A stretch of DNA of 64,000 bases from an uncultured delta proteobacterium (GTDB lineage: Bacteria; Desulfobacterota; Syntrophia; Syntrophales; UBA5619), in NCBI GenBank assembly GCA_963817385.1, contig CAWFOM010000006.1, positions 245,242 through 309,241 of the forward strand, written 5' to 3'. Positions 41,452 through 52,063 of this stretch are shown here, piece after piece (position 1 is the stretch's first letter; the number at the start of each line of letters is the position of its first letter). A model generated the notes under the pieces. That model had not been told where the DNA came from. It searched no databases and worked only from the letters and a program-made list of their open reading frames with translations. The position numbers were made by a program, and so were the translations under genes.

Positions 41452-42399
41452 ATGCCGATGCAACGCAATATCGTGAACCGCAAACGCCATTCCTCCCGGC
41501 CGGCCGTGCTGGCCCTCATCGCCTTGACCTCCATCTGGGGCTATAACTGGGTGGTCATGAAAGAGTGCCTGAAATATGCCGGCGTCTATGATTTCGCCGC
41601 CCTGCGGACCGGCATTGCCGCCGTCAGTCTCTTTGTCCTCCTCATCTGGAAGCGCCGTCCCCTGCGGCCCAAAGCCATCGGGATGACTATCCTGCTGGGC
41701 TTCCTGTCCACTACCGCCTGCATCGGACTGGTTACCCTGGCCCTGGCGACGGGCGGCGTGGGCAAGACAGCGGTTCTGGTGTATATCATGCCCTTCTGGG
41801 TTCTCTTGATGGCGTGGCCCCTCCTTGCGGAGAAGATTCGGGGCGTCCAATGGGTCTCCGTCATCCTGGCTTTCATCGGGCTCATGATCATTCTGGAGCC
41901 GTGGCATCTTCAGAGCACCTTCGTGAGCAAACTCTTCGCCGTCCTGGCGGGGGTGGCCTGGGCGCTCAGCACCATCGTGGCCAAGATTATAAACCGGCGA
42001 ACCGGCTTCGATCTCATCTCGCTGACGGCTTGGCAGATGCTGATCGGCGCCCTTCCGCTTATCCTGATCGCGATGATCGTGCCGGACAGGCAGGTGCAAT
42101 GGACCCCGTATTTCACGTTCGGCCTCCTTTTCAGCTCGGTCATCAGTCAAGCCCTGGCGCTGCTCCTCTGGTTTTTCATCCTCACCGAACTGCCCGCAGG
42201 CGTGGCCAGCATGGGGACGCTCGCCACGCCGGTGATCGGCATGCTCGCGGCCTTAATCGAGCTCGGCGAGCGGCCGTCGCTCCCGGAAGCCTGGGGGATG
42301 CTGCTGATCCTGACGGCGCTTTCCGCTCTTTCGCTCCTGGGATATATTCAGCATCGGCGGATCAGCTCCGTGATCGGGGACGGGCGCAGGAAACAGTGA
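41452..42399 (+). CDS. EamA/DMT family transporter
   Basis: ~10 TM; IWGYNW, LVYIMPFWV, LGERPS. Confidence 0.9.
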   Translation: MPMQRNIVNRKRHSSRPAVLALIALTSIWGYNWVVMKECLKYAGVYDFAALRTGIAAVSLFVLLIWKRRPLRPKAIGMTILLGFLSTTACIGLVTLALATGGVGKTAVLVYIMPFWVLLMAWPLLAEKIRGVQWVSVILAFIGLMIILEPWHLQSTFVSKLFAVLAGVAWALSTIVAKIINRRTGFDLISLTAWQMLIGALPLILIAMIVPDRQVQWTPYFTFGLLFSSVISQALALLLWFFILTELPAGVASMGTLATPVIGMLAALIELGERPSLPEAWGMLLILTALSALSLLGYIQHRRISSVIGDGRRKQ

Positions 42400-42718
42400 C
42401 GTCGGTAGCGTCGATGCGCCATGCACTGCCTTTAACCGGCTCCCGGCCCGAAGCTGCGCGTCGTCCGTCATTATTGCGTTGACAAACAAGTCCATGGTGC
42501 GTATGGTGCGCCCGGCAAAAGCCAGGAGTGACAAATAACGGTTCCTGCTGCCCGGTGAATTTACGATTTCTGTTCGATCTTGGCAATTTCCGGGACCGTT
42601 TTTTCCAAGCCGCGGGCCAAAGCGGGATCTCTCCGATCCGTGCAACGGATCTGCCCGAGAGATGCATGTTGCCCGGCGCCGGTTCCGCGGACAACGACAT
42701 ATTCGGAAGGGAAGGGTT

Positions 42719-43933
42719 ATGACGAGGGCTTTGGAAGGAATCCGGGTGATCGATTTGAGCCATGTGCTGGCCGCGCCGACGACGACGATGTTTCTGGCCG
42801 ATCTGGGCGCCGAGGTGATCCATCTGGAACCGCCGCACGGGGATGACGCGCGGGAATACGGCCCCTTCGCCGGGGAGCCAGGCAAGAATCACAGCGGCTA
42901 TTTCATCAGCCTCAACCGCAACAAGAAGAGCCTGGTCCTCAACCTGAAGCTCGAAAAGGGTAGGGAAGTCCTCCGGGAGCTGATCCTGGTCTCCGACGTA
43001 ATCGTCGAGAATTTCCGGCCGGCGACGATGAAGAAGATGGGGTTCGGCTGGGAGGATGTCCGGAAACTCAACCCCCGGATCATCTACGCGGCCATCTCCG
43101 GATTCGGTCACGACAGTCCCCCCGAGTACGCCGCCCGCGCCTCGTACGACATGGTCGCCCAGGCCTACAGCGGGCTGATGAGCATCACCGGTCCGGTCGG
43201 CGGCCCCCCCTGCCGGGTGGGCTCCTCGGTTGGCGACATCATCGCCGGGCAGCAGGCCGTCATCGGCATCCTCACCGCCCTTTCGTACCGGGAGAAGACC
43301 GGCCGGGGGCAGTTCTACGACGGCTCGATGCTGGACGGACTCTTCACGGTCCTGGAGAGCGCCGTGACCCGTTATACGATCACGGGGAAGATTCCCGGAC
43401 CGCTCGGCGGGGCGCACCCCTCGATCACCCCCTTCGAGGCCTTCAAAACAAGGGACTCCTGGGTGATCGTTGCGGCGGGCAACAACCCGCTCTGGGCCAA
43501 GCTCTGCCGGATCCTTAACCGGGACGATCTGATCGGCGATCCCCGATTCGCAAGCAACTACCTTCGGACGGAAAATCAGCCGGAACTCTCCGCGATCCTC
43601 ACTGCGGAGCTGATCAAGAAGACGACGGGGGAGTGGATCGAAATCTTCGAGAAGCAGGACATTCCCTACTCTCGGATCAACAATATGAAGGATATCTGCG
43701 AGGACCCGATCATCCGTCACCGAAACATGCTCGTCACTCTCGACCAGCCTGGTGTCGGCCCTCTCCGGATCACCGGCTCCCCGATCCGCCTGTCGGAAAC
43801 CCCGGGAGAGGTGGTGAGTCCCGCCCCCCGTTTGGGAGAGCATTCCGAGGAGGTCCTCCGGACGGTCCTCGGTTACGACGGGGAGCGGATTGCGTCGCTG
43901 AAGTCGGAAGGCGTCATCAACAGCACCGTGTAA
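42719..43933 (+). CDS. Class III CoA transferase (CaiB/BaiF)
   Basis: LEGIRVIDLS, LADLGAEVI, NRNKKS, VENFRP, YD...GLMSITG, GD, APRLGEH. Confidence 0.93.
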   Translation: MTRALEGIRVIDLSHVLAAPTTTMFLADLGAEVIHLEPPHGDDAREYGPFAGEPGKNHSGYFISLNRNKKSLVLNLKLEKGREVLRELILVSDVIVENFRPATMKKMGFGWEDVRKLNPRIIYAAISGFGHDSPPEYAARASYDMVAQAYSGLMSITGPVGGPPCRVGSSVGDIIAGQQAVIGILTALSYREKTGRGQFYDGSMLDGLFTVLESAVTRYTITGKIPGPLGGAHPSITPFEAFKTRDSWVIVAAGNNPLWAKLCRILNRDDLIGDPRFASNYLRTENQPELSAILTAELIKKTTGEWIEIFEKQDIPYSRINNMKDICEDPIIRHRNMLVTLDQPGVGPLRITGSPIRLSETPGEVVSPAPRLGEHSEEVLRTVLGYDGERIASLKSEGVINSTV

Positions 43934-44243
43934 CCCGACCGGTCGCGCCACGCCAGCCGTCGGTACGGGGTGTCGTCGAAAACCGCTTGCTCGCGATGGT
44001 CCGTGCTCGGGGAGGCATCTCCCTTCGTTCCTCGGGCGCTTTTCTTCTATTTCAAGAAATTGCTTGACATGCTTATTCAAGCAGTGTAGGCAGTCATTCA
44101 CCCTCTTTATAATGCTGTTTTTATTTCTCTATTGGTAAATGGATTGGCGTCTCCTCAGTTCTCTTTGAGATGGTCCGGATAAAAAATCTCCAGTCGGGAG
44201 CCATTTTAATCCGGTAAGATGCAATTTACGAAGGGAGAAATCT

Positions 44244-45477
44244 ATGAAACACGCACGAATCATTTTCATCGTTTGCTTATTCCTCACGGGGCTTTTCATC
44301 CCGCCGACGACAGAGGTTATGGCCCAGCCCAAGGAAATCGTCCTCGGTGCGGCTCTTCCGCTTACGGGGGGGCAGTCCCGCGAGGGCGGTTACTTCAAGA
44401 GGGGCTACGAATTGGCCGTCAAGGAGATCAACGACGCCGGCGGCGTCATGGTCAAGGAATACGGGAAGAAGATACCGATCAAACTTATCATCTATGACGA
44501 CAAGAGCGACAATACCACCTCCGTTCAGCTCTACGAAAAGCTGGTCACGGAAGATAAGGTAAACGCGCTCCTCGGCGGGTATGGAACGCCGCTGATTACC
44601 GCCCACACCATAGTGGCGGAGAAATACCGGATTCCTTACGTCAATGGAGGCGGCGCCACCGGCGCGATTTATGAACGGAAGATGAAGTACATCTTCGGAT
44701 TGATCTCCAGCATCGAAAAACTTTCGTTTACCATAATGGACTGGATGGTCATCCAGCAGGATGCCGGCAATCTGAAGAAACCCGTGAAGATCGCCCTCAT
44801 GGGAGAAAACTCCTCGCACGGCAAGGAGTTCCGTCAGGCGGTCCTGGCCAGGAGCAAGGCGTCGCCGGATCGGTTCCAGGTCGTCATGGACGAGCCCTTC
44901 GAGTTGAACCTCAAGGATGCCGATCCGCTCCTGCAAAAAGTCAAGGCTTCCAACGCGGATATCTACCTGGCCGACGCCCGGCTTTCGGATTATACGACCA
45001 TCCATCGCCGCTATACGGAACTGGGCCTGTATCATCAGGTGGTAAGCTACGGTCCGCGGGGTTCTGAAAAGGCGGCCCGCGATGCACTGGGGACGGCATC
45101 CGACTATATCATCTCCTGCAACTGGTGGCATAAGGACCTTCCCATCAAGGCGGCGAAAACCTTTGCCCAGAAATGGGAAAAGGCGTTCAACGAACCGGCC
45201 GAATGGTTCCCCGCGCTGGCATACGAGACCACGCGCGTCATGGCCAAGGCCATCGAGGATGCCGGCGGCCTGGATAAGGAGAAGCTTCGCAATGCCCTGG
45301 TCAAGATGGATATGAAGAGACTCCCTGGTGGTCGGCGAACGGATCACCTTCAAGCCGAACGGCCAGATCGACAACGACTACGTGATGATGCAGAACATGC
45401 CCGGCGGCAAGGCGGCGCTCATCTATCCCAAGAATATCGCGACCGACAAAGCCGTCGTGCCGATCCCCAAAAAGTAG
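44244..45477 (+). CDS. HAAT (Liv-type) ABC substrate-binding protein, +1 frameshift near 45320
   Basis: Signal peptide; LPLTG, EINDAGG, YDDKSD; true C-terminus ...ITFKPNGQ...IYPK...PIPKK* in the next frame. Confidence 0.88.
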
Positions 45478-45563
45478 ATTGCCGGCGGGAGAGCGGGGCT
45501 CCTTGCGCCCCGCCCTCCCGCTCATCCGGATTAACCGCCCTTGGCATCCGATAAGGAGTTTCC

Positions 45564-46445
45564 ATGACCATTGACGTTCCCGCCCTGCTGGTGGGTGCGA
45601 TACTGCTGGCAGGGCTCTACGCGACAATGTCGTTCGGCCTGGCGCTGATTTACGGCGTCATGAAGATCGTCAATCTTGCCCATGCGGGCGTCATGATGTT
45701 GGGCGCCTATGCAACCTTCGTCGTTATCGTCAATTGGGGCGGAAACCCTTTCCTGGCGCCCTTGATCATCGTCCCGCTGTTCTTCTTGTTCGGAATATTC
45801 ATGCAGCGCTTCATCGTCCGACGGGTGATGTACGCCCCCCCGATCGCCTCCCTCCTCCTTCTTTTCGGCGTCTGGCTGATCATGCAGAATATCGCCTATC
45901 TGGTCTTCTCCGGCGACACCCGGGCCATCACCACCAAGTATACGTTGATGACGTTTCAGGTGGCGGGCATCGCCATCTCCTTCAATCGGCTGATCGTTTT
46001 TTGTGTGGGTATCCTGGCCCTGTTCTTGCTCCAGCAATTCCTGAATCATACCTACATGGGCAAAGCGATCCGGGCGACCTCACAGGACGGGGACGCCAGC
46101 AAACTGGTGGGGATAAACACCGAGCGCGTCATGGAGATCGCCTTCGGCTTGGGAATCGCACTGGCGAGCCTCGCCGGGTCGCTCATGGCGCTCATCTTCG
46201 CCTTTGACCCGGATTTCGGGCGGTCTCATCTCCTGAAGAGTTTTTGCATCGTCGTATTGGGGGGGGTGGGAAGCTTTGTGGGCGTGGCCCTGGGCTCGCT
46301 GGTCCTGGCTATCTCCGAAGCGCTCAGCGTTCTCTGGATCATGCCGGCCATGCAGGACTTCGTCAGCTTTGCGCTTCTGGTGATTGTTCTGATCGTCATG
46401 CCGGGCGGCATTATGGGGTTGCTGGAGAAATTCAAGAAGAGCTGA
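45564..46445 (+). CDS. HAAT ABC permease (LivH-like)
   Basis: GLALIYGVMKIVNLAHAG, GKAIRA, VVLGG. Confidence 0.92.
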   Translation: MTIDVPALLVGAILLAGLYATMSFGLALIYGVMKIVNLAHAGVMMLGAYATFVVIVNWGGNPFLAPLIIVPLFFLFGIFMQRFIVRRVMYAPPIASLLLLFGVWLIMQNIAYLVFSGDTRAITTKYTLMTFQVAGIAISFNRLIVFCVGILALFLLQQFLNHTYMGKAIRATSQDGDASKLVGINTERVMEIAFGLGIALASLAGSLMALIFAFDPDFGRSHLLKSFCIVVLGGVGSFVGVALGSLVLAISEALSVLWIMPAMQDFVSFALLVIVLIVMPGGIMGLLEKFKKS

Positions 46446-46463
46446 CGGCATCAAGGGGGTATC

Positions 46464-47526
46464 ATGCAAGTCAAAACGGCGCTTCGCTCCGGAAAGACGT
46501 GGGCAGGCCTGGCCTTCATCATCTTTTTGCTCTGGGTCCCCGCCTCCGGAATCGGGGGAGGCTACCTGCAGACCCTCTGTTTCCTGACGTTTCTCTATGT
46601 CACCCTGAGCACTGCGTGGAATATCCTGGGCGGTTACGCGGGTCAGACCTCGTTCGGGCATGCCACGTTCTATGGCCTGGGGGCTTACACGACCGCCATT
46701 CTGGTCCTGCGGGGTGTGCCGCCGCTCATCACGATGCCCCTCGCCGGGATTGTCGCCGCCCTCTACGCGCTCATGTGGGGCTACCCCTGTCTGCGTCTCC
46801 GCGGCCAGTATTTCGCCATAGCCACGATCGGCGTGGGGGAGGCGACGCGGTTATTGATGCTCAACCTCGATGACCTGATCAAGAACAACGCGCTGCTGAA
46901 AGGGTTCCTGCAAGACGGCGTCCTCACCGGGGGGGCCACCGGATTGATGCTGCCGACGCCGGAAGATATCCGCTCCTATGCCGTGGGCTTCTACTACGGG
47001 GCCATGGGGCTGATGTCCGCCGCCCTTCTGGTCTCCTGGTGGGTGAAGAACAGCAAGTTCGGCCTGGGATTGTTTGCCATAAACATGGATATCGACGCCG
47101 CGGAGACCATCGGCGTGAATACCGTCTACTTACAAGAATCTGGCCCTCATGCTCAGCGCCTTCATGGTCGGCATCTGCGGCAGCGTCTATACTCAATACA
47201 TGTTCTACATCGACCCGCAAACGGTCTTCGGTTTTCCGATGAGCATCGCCATGGTATTGATGCCCACCATCGGCGGCATCGGAACCCTTGCGGGGCCGAT
47301 CCTGGGGGCGGTTGTCTATATCGTGGTGCAGGACCGCATCCTCACCGCCAACCTGGAGATAGGGACGTTCACGCTGTCCCTGAGCTCCATGCATCTTTTG
47401 CTGTATGGCGGCCTCCTGGTCCTCATCATCCTCTTCGAGCCCAAGGGGATTACCGGCCTGTATCAACGGATGGCCAAATGGTGGAAAAAGGCCGGCGCGG
47501 GAGTGATGGACAAGAAGGCGGCGTAG
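46464..47526 (+). CDS. HAAT ABC permease (LivM-like), +1 frameshift near 47128
   Basis: WNILGGYAGQTSFGHA, RLRGQYFAIAT, IGGIGT-AGPILG. Confidence 0.88.
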
Positions 47527-47574
47527 CAGGAGCCCGGGGGAAGCGGAAACGCTTCGGTGGAATCAGCGAGGTTT

Positions 47575-48348
47575 ATGATGGGAGTCTTGATCCGGGGAGA
47601 AGATGTCTGCAGATACTTCGGCGGCCTGGCGGCGGTGAACCATGTCAGCTTCGAGGTGAATAAAGGGGAGATCTTCGGCCTGATCGGGCCGAACGGCGCC
47701 GGGAAGACGACACTCTTCCGCTGCATCACGGGGGTCTACCAGGCCACGTCGGGGCGGATTTTGTTCAATGAGAAGGACATTACCCGGCTCATGCCCCATC
47801 GCATCTGTGTCATGGGTATCACGAACACTCACCAGGTGGTGAAACCGTTCATGGACATGACCGTCCTGGACAACGTGCGCGTGGGGGCGTTCTTCGGTCG
47901 GGGCTGGGTGCGCAAAGAGGTGAAGGATGCGACAAAAGAGGCGATGCGGGTCCTGGAATTCATCGGCCTGGCGCCCCGGGCCGGTTCTTTGGCCCGCAAT
48001 CTCACCCTGCCGGACCGCAAGCGCCTCGAAGTGGCCAGGGCCCTGGCCACCCGTCCGGAACTGCTCCTGCTGGACGAGGTGGTGGCCGGTCTCAACCCCA
48101 CCGAGACGGACATGATGATCGCCCTCATTCACCGCCTGCGGGACAGCGGCATCACGATCATCATGGTCGAGCATGTCATGCGCGCCGTTCTGGGGGTGAG
48201 CGACCGCGTCATGGTGCTGAGTTTCGGCGAGAAGATCGCGGAAGGGACGCCCAAAGAGATCTACACCAATCCCGAGGTCATCGAGGCCTACCTGGGTAAG
48301 AGTTACGCCGCGGCGCCGGGTGGGGAGAATTCGGCAATCAGCCGGTAG
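47575..48348 (+). CDS. HAAT ABC ATPase (LivG-like)
   Basis: FGGLAAV, GPNGAGKT, LLLDE, VEH, VIEAYLG. Confidence 0.93.
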   Translation: MMGVLIRGEDVCRYFGGLAAVNHVSFEVNKGEIFGLIGPNGAGKTTLFRCITGVYQATSGRILFNEKDITRLMPHRICVMGITNTHQVVKPFMDMTVLDNVRVGAFFGRGWVRKEVKDATKEAMRVLEFIGLAPRAGSLARNLTLPDRKRLEVARALATRPELLLLDEVVAGLNPTETDMMIALIHRLRDSGITIIMVEHVMRAVLGVSDRVMVLSFGEKIAEGTPKEIYTNPEVIEAYLGKSYAAAPGGENSAISR

Positions 48349-48389
48349 GGCGGGCGGCAACGGGATAACGGCGAGAGGACAGGGTTCCT

Positions 48390-49094
48390 ATGCTGGAAGT
48401 GGAAAAGATCAACGTCTTTTACGACGATGCCCAGGCGTTGTGGGATGTCTCGTTCACGGTGTACAAGGGGGAAATTGTTACCCTGGTGGGTTCGAACGGG
48501 TCGGGGAAGAGCACCACCCTCAAGGCCATCTCCGGCCTGGTGCCCCCTTCATCAGGGGAGATCAGCCTGGAAGAAACACGCATCGACCGGATGGCCGCCC
48601 ACTGCATCGTAGAGATGGGCGTCGCCCAGATTCCGGAAGGCCGGCGGTTGTGGCCCGGCCTCAGCGTCCGGGAGAACCTGGAGCTGGGGGCCTATACGAA
48701 AGCCGCCCGGGCCGTGCGAGAGGAGACGATGGAATGGGTCCTGGGCCTCTTCCCCCTCCTGAAGGCACGCAGGAATCAGTTGGCGGGAACCCTTTCCGGG
48801 GGGGAGCAGCAGATGCTCGCCATCGGCAGGGGGCTCCTTTCCTGTCCCAAATTGCTGATCCTGGACGAGCCGTCGCTCGGCTTGGCGCCGCTATTGGTGG
48901 CGGAGGTCTTTGAAACCATCCAGAAGATCAACCGCGAGGGCATGACCATCCTGCTGGTTGAACAAAACGTGAATCATGCCCTGGCCATCTCCGCCCGGGG
49001 GTATGTGCTGGAGACCGGCCGCATCGTCCTTTCCGGAAGCGGCAAAGAACTATTGGCCGACGAGCACGTCAAGACGGCATATCTGGGATTTTAG
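48390..49094 (+). CDS. HAAT ABC ATPase (LivF-like)
   Basis: GSNGSGKS, LSGGEQQM, LDEPSLGLAP, VEQN. Confidence 0.93.
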   Translation: MLEVEKINVFYDDAQALWDVSFTVYKGEIVTLVGSNGSGKSTTLKAISGLVPPSSGEISLEETRIDRMAAHCIVEMGVAQIPEGRRLWPGLSVRENLELGAYTKAARAVREETMEWVLGLFPLLKARRNQLAGTLSGGEQQMLAIGRGLLSCPKLLILDEPSLGLAPLLVAEVFETIQKINREGMTILLVEQNVNHALAISARGYVLETGRIVLSGSGKELLADEHVKTAYLGF

Positions 49095-49105
49095 CGAAGC
49101 GGCGT

Positions 49106-49879
49106 CTATTTCACCCCCACCGCGGTGATCCAGGTCTGCGTAAACATGAGCCGATCGTCTCGCAGGTACGGCCGCATGCCGGTGATGCGCAGACCCCGCA
49201 GCTCCTCGCTCAACTCATCCTGAATGATCCGCCGTGTTCCGGGCTCGGTGCCGGTCATCTCCAACCAGCGCGCCAGGTCGACCTCAATGTCCCGGGCGAC
49301 CATCTGGACGATCTTCAATCCGGCATCCGTCATGACCCGGCTGAGCTCTTCGCGCGTGAGACAGCGCGTATGCGAGGGGTCGCGCAGCCTTTCGATGCGG
49401 TTGTAGGAGCGATCCAGGGCCGGATCGTCCGGCGAGATCATGTCCATGATGCCTACCCGACATCCCGGTTTGCAGACGCGGGCCATCTCCCGCACCGCCG
49501 GCCGCGGATCGGTAAAATGGTGCAGGGAGAGACGGGTGACCACCATATCGAATGAACTGTCCGGGTAGGGAAGCTGCTCCGCCCGGCCCTGTTCAAACGT
49601 GATATTGCCGAGACCGGCCTTGGCCGCCTCGCGCCGGCCCTCCGCGATCATGGCCTGGGTCAGATCCACGGCGACCACCCGCTGCACGTGGGGAGCGACG
49701 GCCCTGCCCAGGTGCCCCGTACCCGCGGCCACATCCAGCACGACAAAAGAGGGGTCGAGGCGCAGTTGGCCGACCACCCATGCAAGGTACTCCGCGCTGC
49801 TCAGCGTCAGACCCTGCTCGCCGAACCGGGCAGCCTGCAGCGTGAATTGCCTTTTGATTTCGTCGTCGTGATCGTTCAT
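49106..49879 (-). CDS. Class I SAM-dependent methyltransferase
   Basis: VLDVAAGTG, FDMV, LHHF, RDPSH. Confidence 0.88.
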   Translation of the reverse strand: MNDHDDEIKRQFTLQAARFGEQGLTLSSAEYLAWVVGQLRLDPSFVVLDVAAGTGHLGRAVAPHVQRVVAVDLTQAMIAEGRREAAKAGLGNITFEQGRAEQLPYPDSSFDMVVTRLSLHHFTDPRPAVREMARVCKPGCRVGIMDMISPDDPALDRSYNRIERLRDPSHTRCLTREELSRVMTDAGLKIVQMVARDIEVDLARWLEMTGTEPGTRRIIQDELSEELRGLRITGMRPYLRDDRLMFTQTWITAVGVK

Positions 49880-49984
49880 GTCGGGCCCCGAGGTTAATTA
49901 TCTTGACACATAAAAGTCATCTCCATATACTCGCCCAGCCAAAAGGCAGATTTGTAATATTACACGTATCGGGAGGATCTTACC

Positions 49985-50380
49985 ATGGGTAAAAAGTATG
50001 TGGTGCCCCTGAAAGAGGCGATTACGGGGGTTTTGCACGGCCGGGCGGGAACGTTTCGCATCCTGATCGATGAAGAGACCAGCGGCGCCAAGCACTTCTC
50101 GCTCCTCGTCAATACCATGAACGCCGGGGTGACCGGCGACGAACACAAGCACGATGTGGAGCATTGCTGGTACATCCTCTCCGGAACCGGGACGATGTAC
50201 ATGGACGGCAAGTCTTTCCGCATGGAACCCGATATGGCGGTTTTTGCCCCGGCCAACATGTTGCATAAGATCGTTGTCGATCCCGCCCAGGATCTCACCT
50301 ACGTCGTCATCTATGCGCCACCGGGACCCGAACAGAAACTCAAGCAATTCGGGGAGCACGCCTTCGACGCTCCCCGATAG
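49985..50380 (+). CDS. Cupin domain protein
   Basis: HKHDVEHCWYILSGTG...PANMLH. Confidence 0.88.
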   Translation: MGKKYVVPLKEAITGVLHGRAGTFRILIDEETSGAKHFSLLVNTMNAGVTGDEHKHDVEHCWYILSGTGTMYMDGKSFRMEPDMAVFAPANMLHKIVVDPAQDLTYVVIYAPPGPEQKLKQFGEHAFDAPR

Positions 50381-50518
50381 GAACTTACGCTAACCCTCAT
50401 GCCCGGGTTTCACACCCGCTCCTCCTCCCCCATCGAGGGGAAGGATAGCGTGAGGGGGCATTTTCAGATAAACCGTTTGTCCCTTATTGTGGGAGGATAA
50501 GCGGGAAGAGGAAAGCTC

Positions 50519-51541
50519 ATGAAGTTTGCCGTTCTGACCGAGCCGTATCGCTTTGAGATGAAGGAACTCCCCGTTCCCGAACCGGCGGATAACGACGTCC
50601 TGATTGCGACCAGGAAGGTCGGGATCTGCGGGTCGGAAATTACCGCCTATCGGGGGATTCACCCCTATCGGATTCCGCCCGTCATTCTCGGCCATGAAAT
50701 GGCGGGATCGGTCCTTGCGGCGGGCAGGAACGTCAAACGATTCGGGGTCGGGGATCGGGTGGTCGTGAAACCCCACACCTTTTGCGGGCGGTGTCCGAAC
50801 TGCCTCCGGGGGGAGCAGAACATCTGCAGGCGGAAGTGGGTGCTCGGCAGCCGGGAGTGGCCCGGGGCGTTTGGCGCATATATCGTCAGCCCCGAGCATC
50901 TGGTGCACCTCCTGCCCGACGCCATCGACGACGACGAGGCGGCCCTGCTGGATCCGCTGTGCGTCGGGGTGCATGCCGTCAGGAAGGCGGGGGTGCAGGC
51001 GGGCGACCGCGTGGCCATCCTCGGCGCCGGCAGCATCGGCCTCTCCACGCTCCTTCTTGCCCGGGCGACGGGAGCGGACGCCTATATTACCGATGTAAGG
51101 ACGACCAACCTGGAGATCGCCAAGGCGCTCGGGGCTAAAGAGACGTTCAACGTCGCCCGAGCGGAAGAGTCTGAGCGACTCGAAGCGCTGGCAACTGATC
51201 TGCCGCTGGACACGGTATTCATCACTGCCGGGATCGAGAATGAGGTTCCCCGTGCGGTGAAAATGGTCGGAAGAGGGGGGCAGGTGGTGGTGATCGCCCA
51301 TTTTCCCCGGCCGAACATTGCGGTGGATATGTTCACCCTGCTGACGCAGGAAAAGAGGATCCAGGGATCGATTACCTACACGAGCCTCGATCTGGAGCGG
51401 GGGATCCGCCTCCTGGCGGAGCGGAGGGTCGATGTCCGGCCGCTGATCTCCGAACGAAGGGATCTGGAGGAGATCCAGCGCTGTTTTGAGAGGCTGTCGG
51501 CAGGAGAAGAGGGATTGGTGAAGATTCTTCTGACCCCATAG
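50519..51541 (+). CDS. Zn-dependent medium-chain dehydrogenase (sorbitol/threonine dehydrogenase-like)
   Basis: GICGSE, GHE, CGRCPNC...C, GAGSIG. Confidence 0.9.
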   Translation: MKFAVLTEPYRFEMKELPVPEPADNDVLIATRKVGICGSEITAYRGIHPYRIPPVILGHEMAGSVLAAGRNVKRFGVGDRVVVKPHTFCGRCPNCLRGEQNICRRKWVLGSREWPGAFGAYIVSPEHLVHLLPDAIDDDEAALLDPLCVGVHAVRKAGVQAGDRVAILGAGSIGLSTLLLARATGADAYITDVRTTNLEIAKALGAKETFNVARAEESERLEALATDLPLDTVFITAGIENEVPRAVKMVGRGGQVVVIAHFPRPNIAVDMFTLLTQEKRIQGSITYTSLDLERGIRLLAERRVDVRPLISERRDLEEIQRCFERLSAGEEGLVKILLTP

Positions 51542-51583
51542 AGTTCCATTAAACAACCGAAAAAAACATCTGCGAGGCGAAAG

Positions 51584-52060
51584 ATGGCTGAATATGTAAA
51601 GCTGGATCAACTGTCAAGATTACTGGTTGTGCCGCCCAAGACGGGGCATTTCACCGATGTCGTCACCGATACCGCGTATGAAAAAGGACTGGCGATCAAC
51701 TTCGGCATCAATGAGCAGGTCTGCGGGTCGAAACGAATCGCCATGGGGAGAACCGTGATTCCGCCCCATACCGCCAACGAACGGCACGTGCACCTGAGCG
51801 CGGAAGCGGCCATGTACGTGATAGCGGGGACGATGATTCTCTTCGTGGGACCGGAGGCGAAGATCGTCAAGTGCCCTCCGGGCACCTTTGTCTTTGCGCC
51901 GGAGGGGGTCATTCACGGCGTGGCGAACGCCAGCCGGACGGAAGAGGTGGTGCTGGTGTTCGCGTACGGCGGGGTTCCCTCCAAGGAAGCGGCGAGGATC
52001 GTCTTCATCGACGATTCGGGGAATGCCTATCCGCCCGTGGGATGGGATCGGGAGGAATAA
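51584..52060 (+). CDS. Cupin domain protein
   Basis: RHVH...E.AMYVIAG...PEGVIH. Confidence 0.85.
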   Translation: MAEYVKLDQLSRLLVVPPKTGHFTDVVTDTAYEKGLAINFGINEQVCGSKRIAMGRTVIPPHTANERHVHLSAEAAMYVIAGTMILFVGPEAKIVKCPPGTFVFAPEGVIHGVANASRTEEVVLVFAYGGVPSKEAARIVFIDDSGNAYPPVGWDREE

Positions 52061-52063
52061 CAG

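Noticed and set aside
3606..44101. Long antisense ORFs (e.g. 3606..5273, 6370..7902, 15536..16936, 28222..29766, 42362..44101)
   Set aside because: They are shadows of GC-rich sense genes with no recognisable motifs.
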